A stretch of DNA of 63,691 nucleotides, counting the filler, from Rhabdomonas costata (Eukaryota), in NCBI GenBank assembly GCA_019059605.1. It is 57 parts of 57 records of this genome, joined end to end, with 100 filler letters (N's around TTAATTAATTAA, not from the genome) between each part and the next. Parts side by side here need not be neighbours in the genome. Positions count along the whole stretch, not along the records: positions 62,673 to 63,691 come from JAHMHO010033200.1; 56 more parts are not named here. One strand, given 5' to 3'. Shown here in pieces: positions 63,277 through 63,691 of the stretch. Under the pieces are notes generated by a model that was not told the DNA's origin, ran no database searches, and was given only the letters and a program-made list of their open reading frames with translations. How positions within the stretch are numbered: the stretch's first letter is position 1; the number at the start of each line of letters is the position of its first letter. The position numbers and the translations under genes were made by a program.

Positions 63277-63691
63277 GGAAAGCTTCTGTGTATGAGATTC
63301 ACTGTGTTTCTGTTTGTTTCCTTCCTATAAGGTCTCAAATGTGTGTGCTTCTTGGGCCTTCTTTTTGGCATCACCCTGCATCACCCTTGGTTGCTGTGTT
63401 GCATCTGCCGTTGTAGTTATGTTCCTGATTTCACCACCTTTCCAGCAAGAATTGTGTCATCAAAACTAGCTCACTAACGAATTCTACTCCCTGTCTTGTA
63501 CTCATATTCCATGTTGGTTGCGTTTTGTTATATTTTATGGTTGCGACCAAAAGTTCTTCAATGAGAACAGTTTGATGTATGAGCACTGCTATCCCCGCGG
63601 CATTCTCCCGAAACAAAAAAGGTCCAAGAAGCACACACATTTGAGACCTTATAGGAAGGAAACAAACAGAAACACAGTGAATCTCACACAC

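Noticed and set aside
1-63691. Operon-like links between genes in neighbouring fragments (e.g. integrase at 1875 with RT at 53251, or purF with PRS)
   Set aside because: Fragments appear to be concatenated by size, so adjacency and co-occurrence carry no linkage information.

Overview
This window is not contiguous DNA. It is 57 unrelated fragments of about 1.02 kb joined by 56 artificial spacers (N-run + TTAATTAATTAA + N-run), so gene neighbourhoods only mean something inside a fragment. Fragment ends are often G/T-only at the 5' end and A/C-only at the 3' end, and several fold back as inverted repeats, which points to a whole-genome-amplified library. Most fragments come from an intron-rich eukaryote, inferred (not proven) to be a non-kinetoplastid euglenozoan-like protist. 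Recognisable exons include major vault protein, Bacteroidetes-type PurF, PRPP synthetase, a CCR4/nocturnin-family EEP, an atypical NDK, a class III cyclase, a receiver domain, an M20 peptidase and LEA-like, C2, RING, CCHC, RRM, LRR and IQ proteins. At least two introns appear to use GC donors. Mobile DNA is abundant. The most interesting items are (1) an AT-rich Polinton-like virus/virophage-type fragment with divergent penton-like and fibre-like genes around a symmetric 44-bp spacer (38070-39088), (2) a Ty3/gypsy pol with a trimeric dUTPase in frame upstream of RT (52618-53635) and (3) an internally deleted CRE/SLACS-clade non-LTR element (3361-3865). Several decayed DIRS-like relics are also present. 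All family assignments come from motif recognition by eye; no database search was run.
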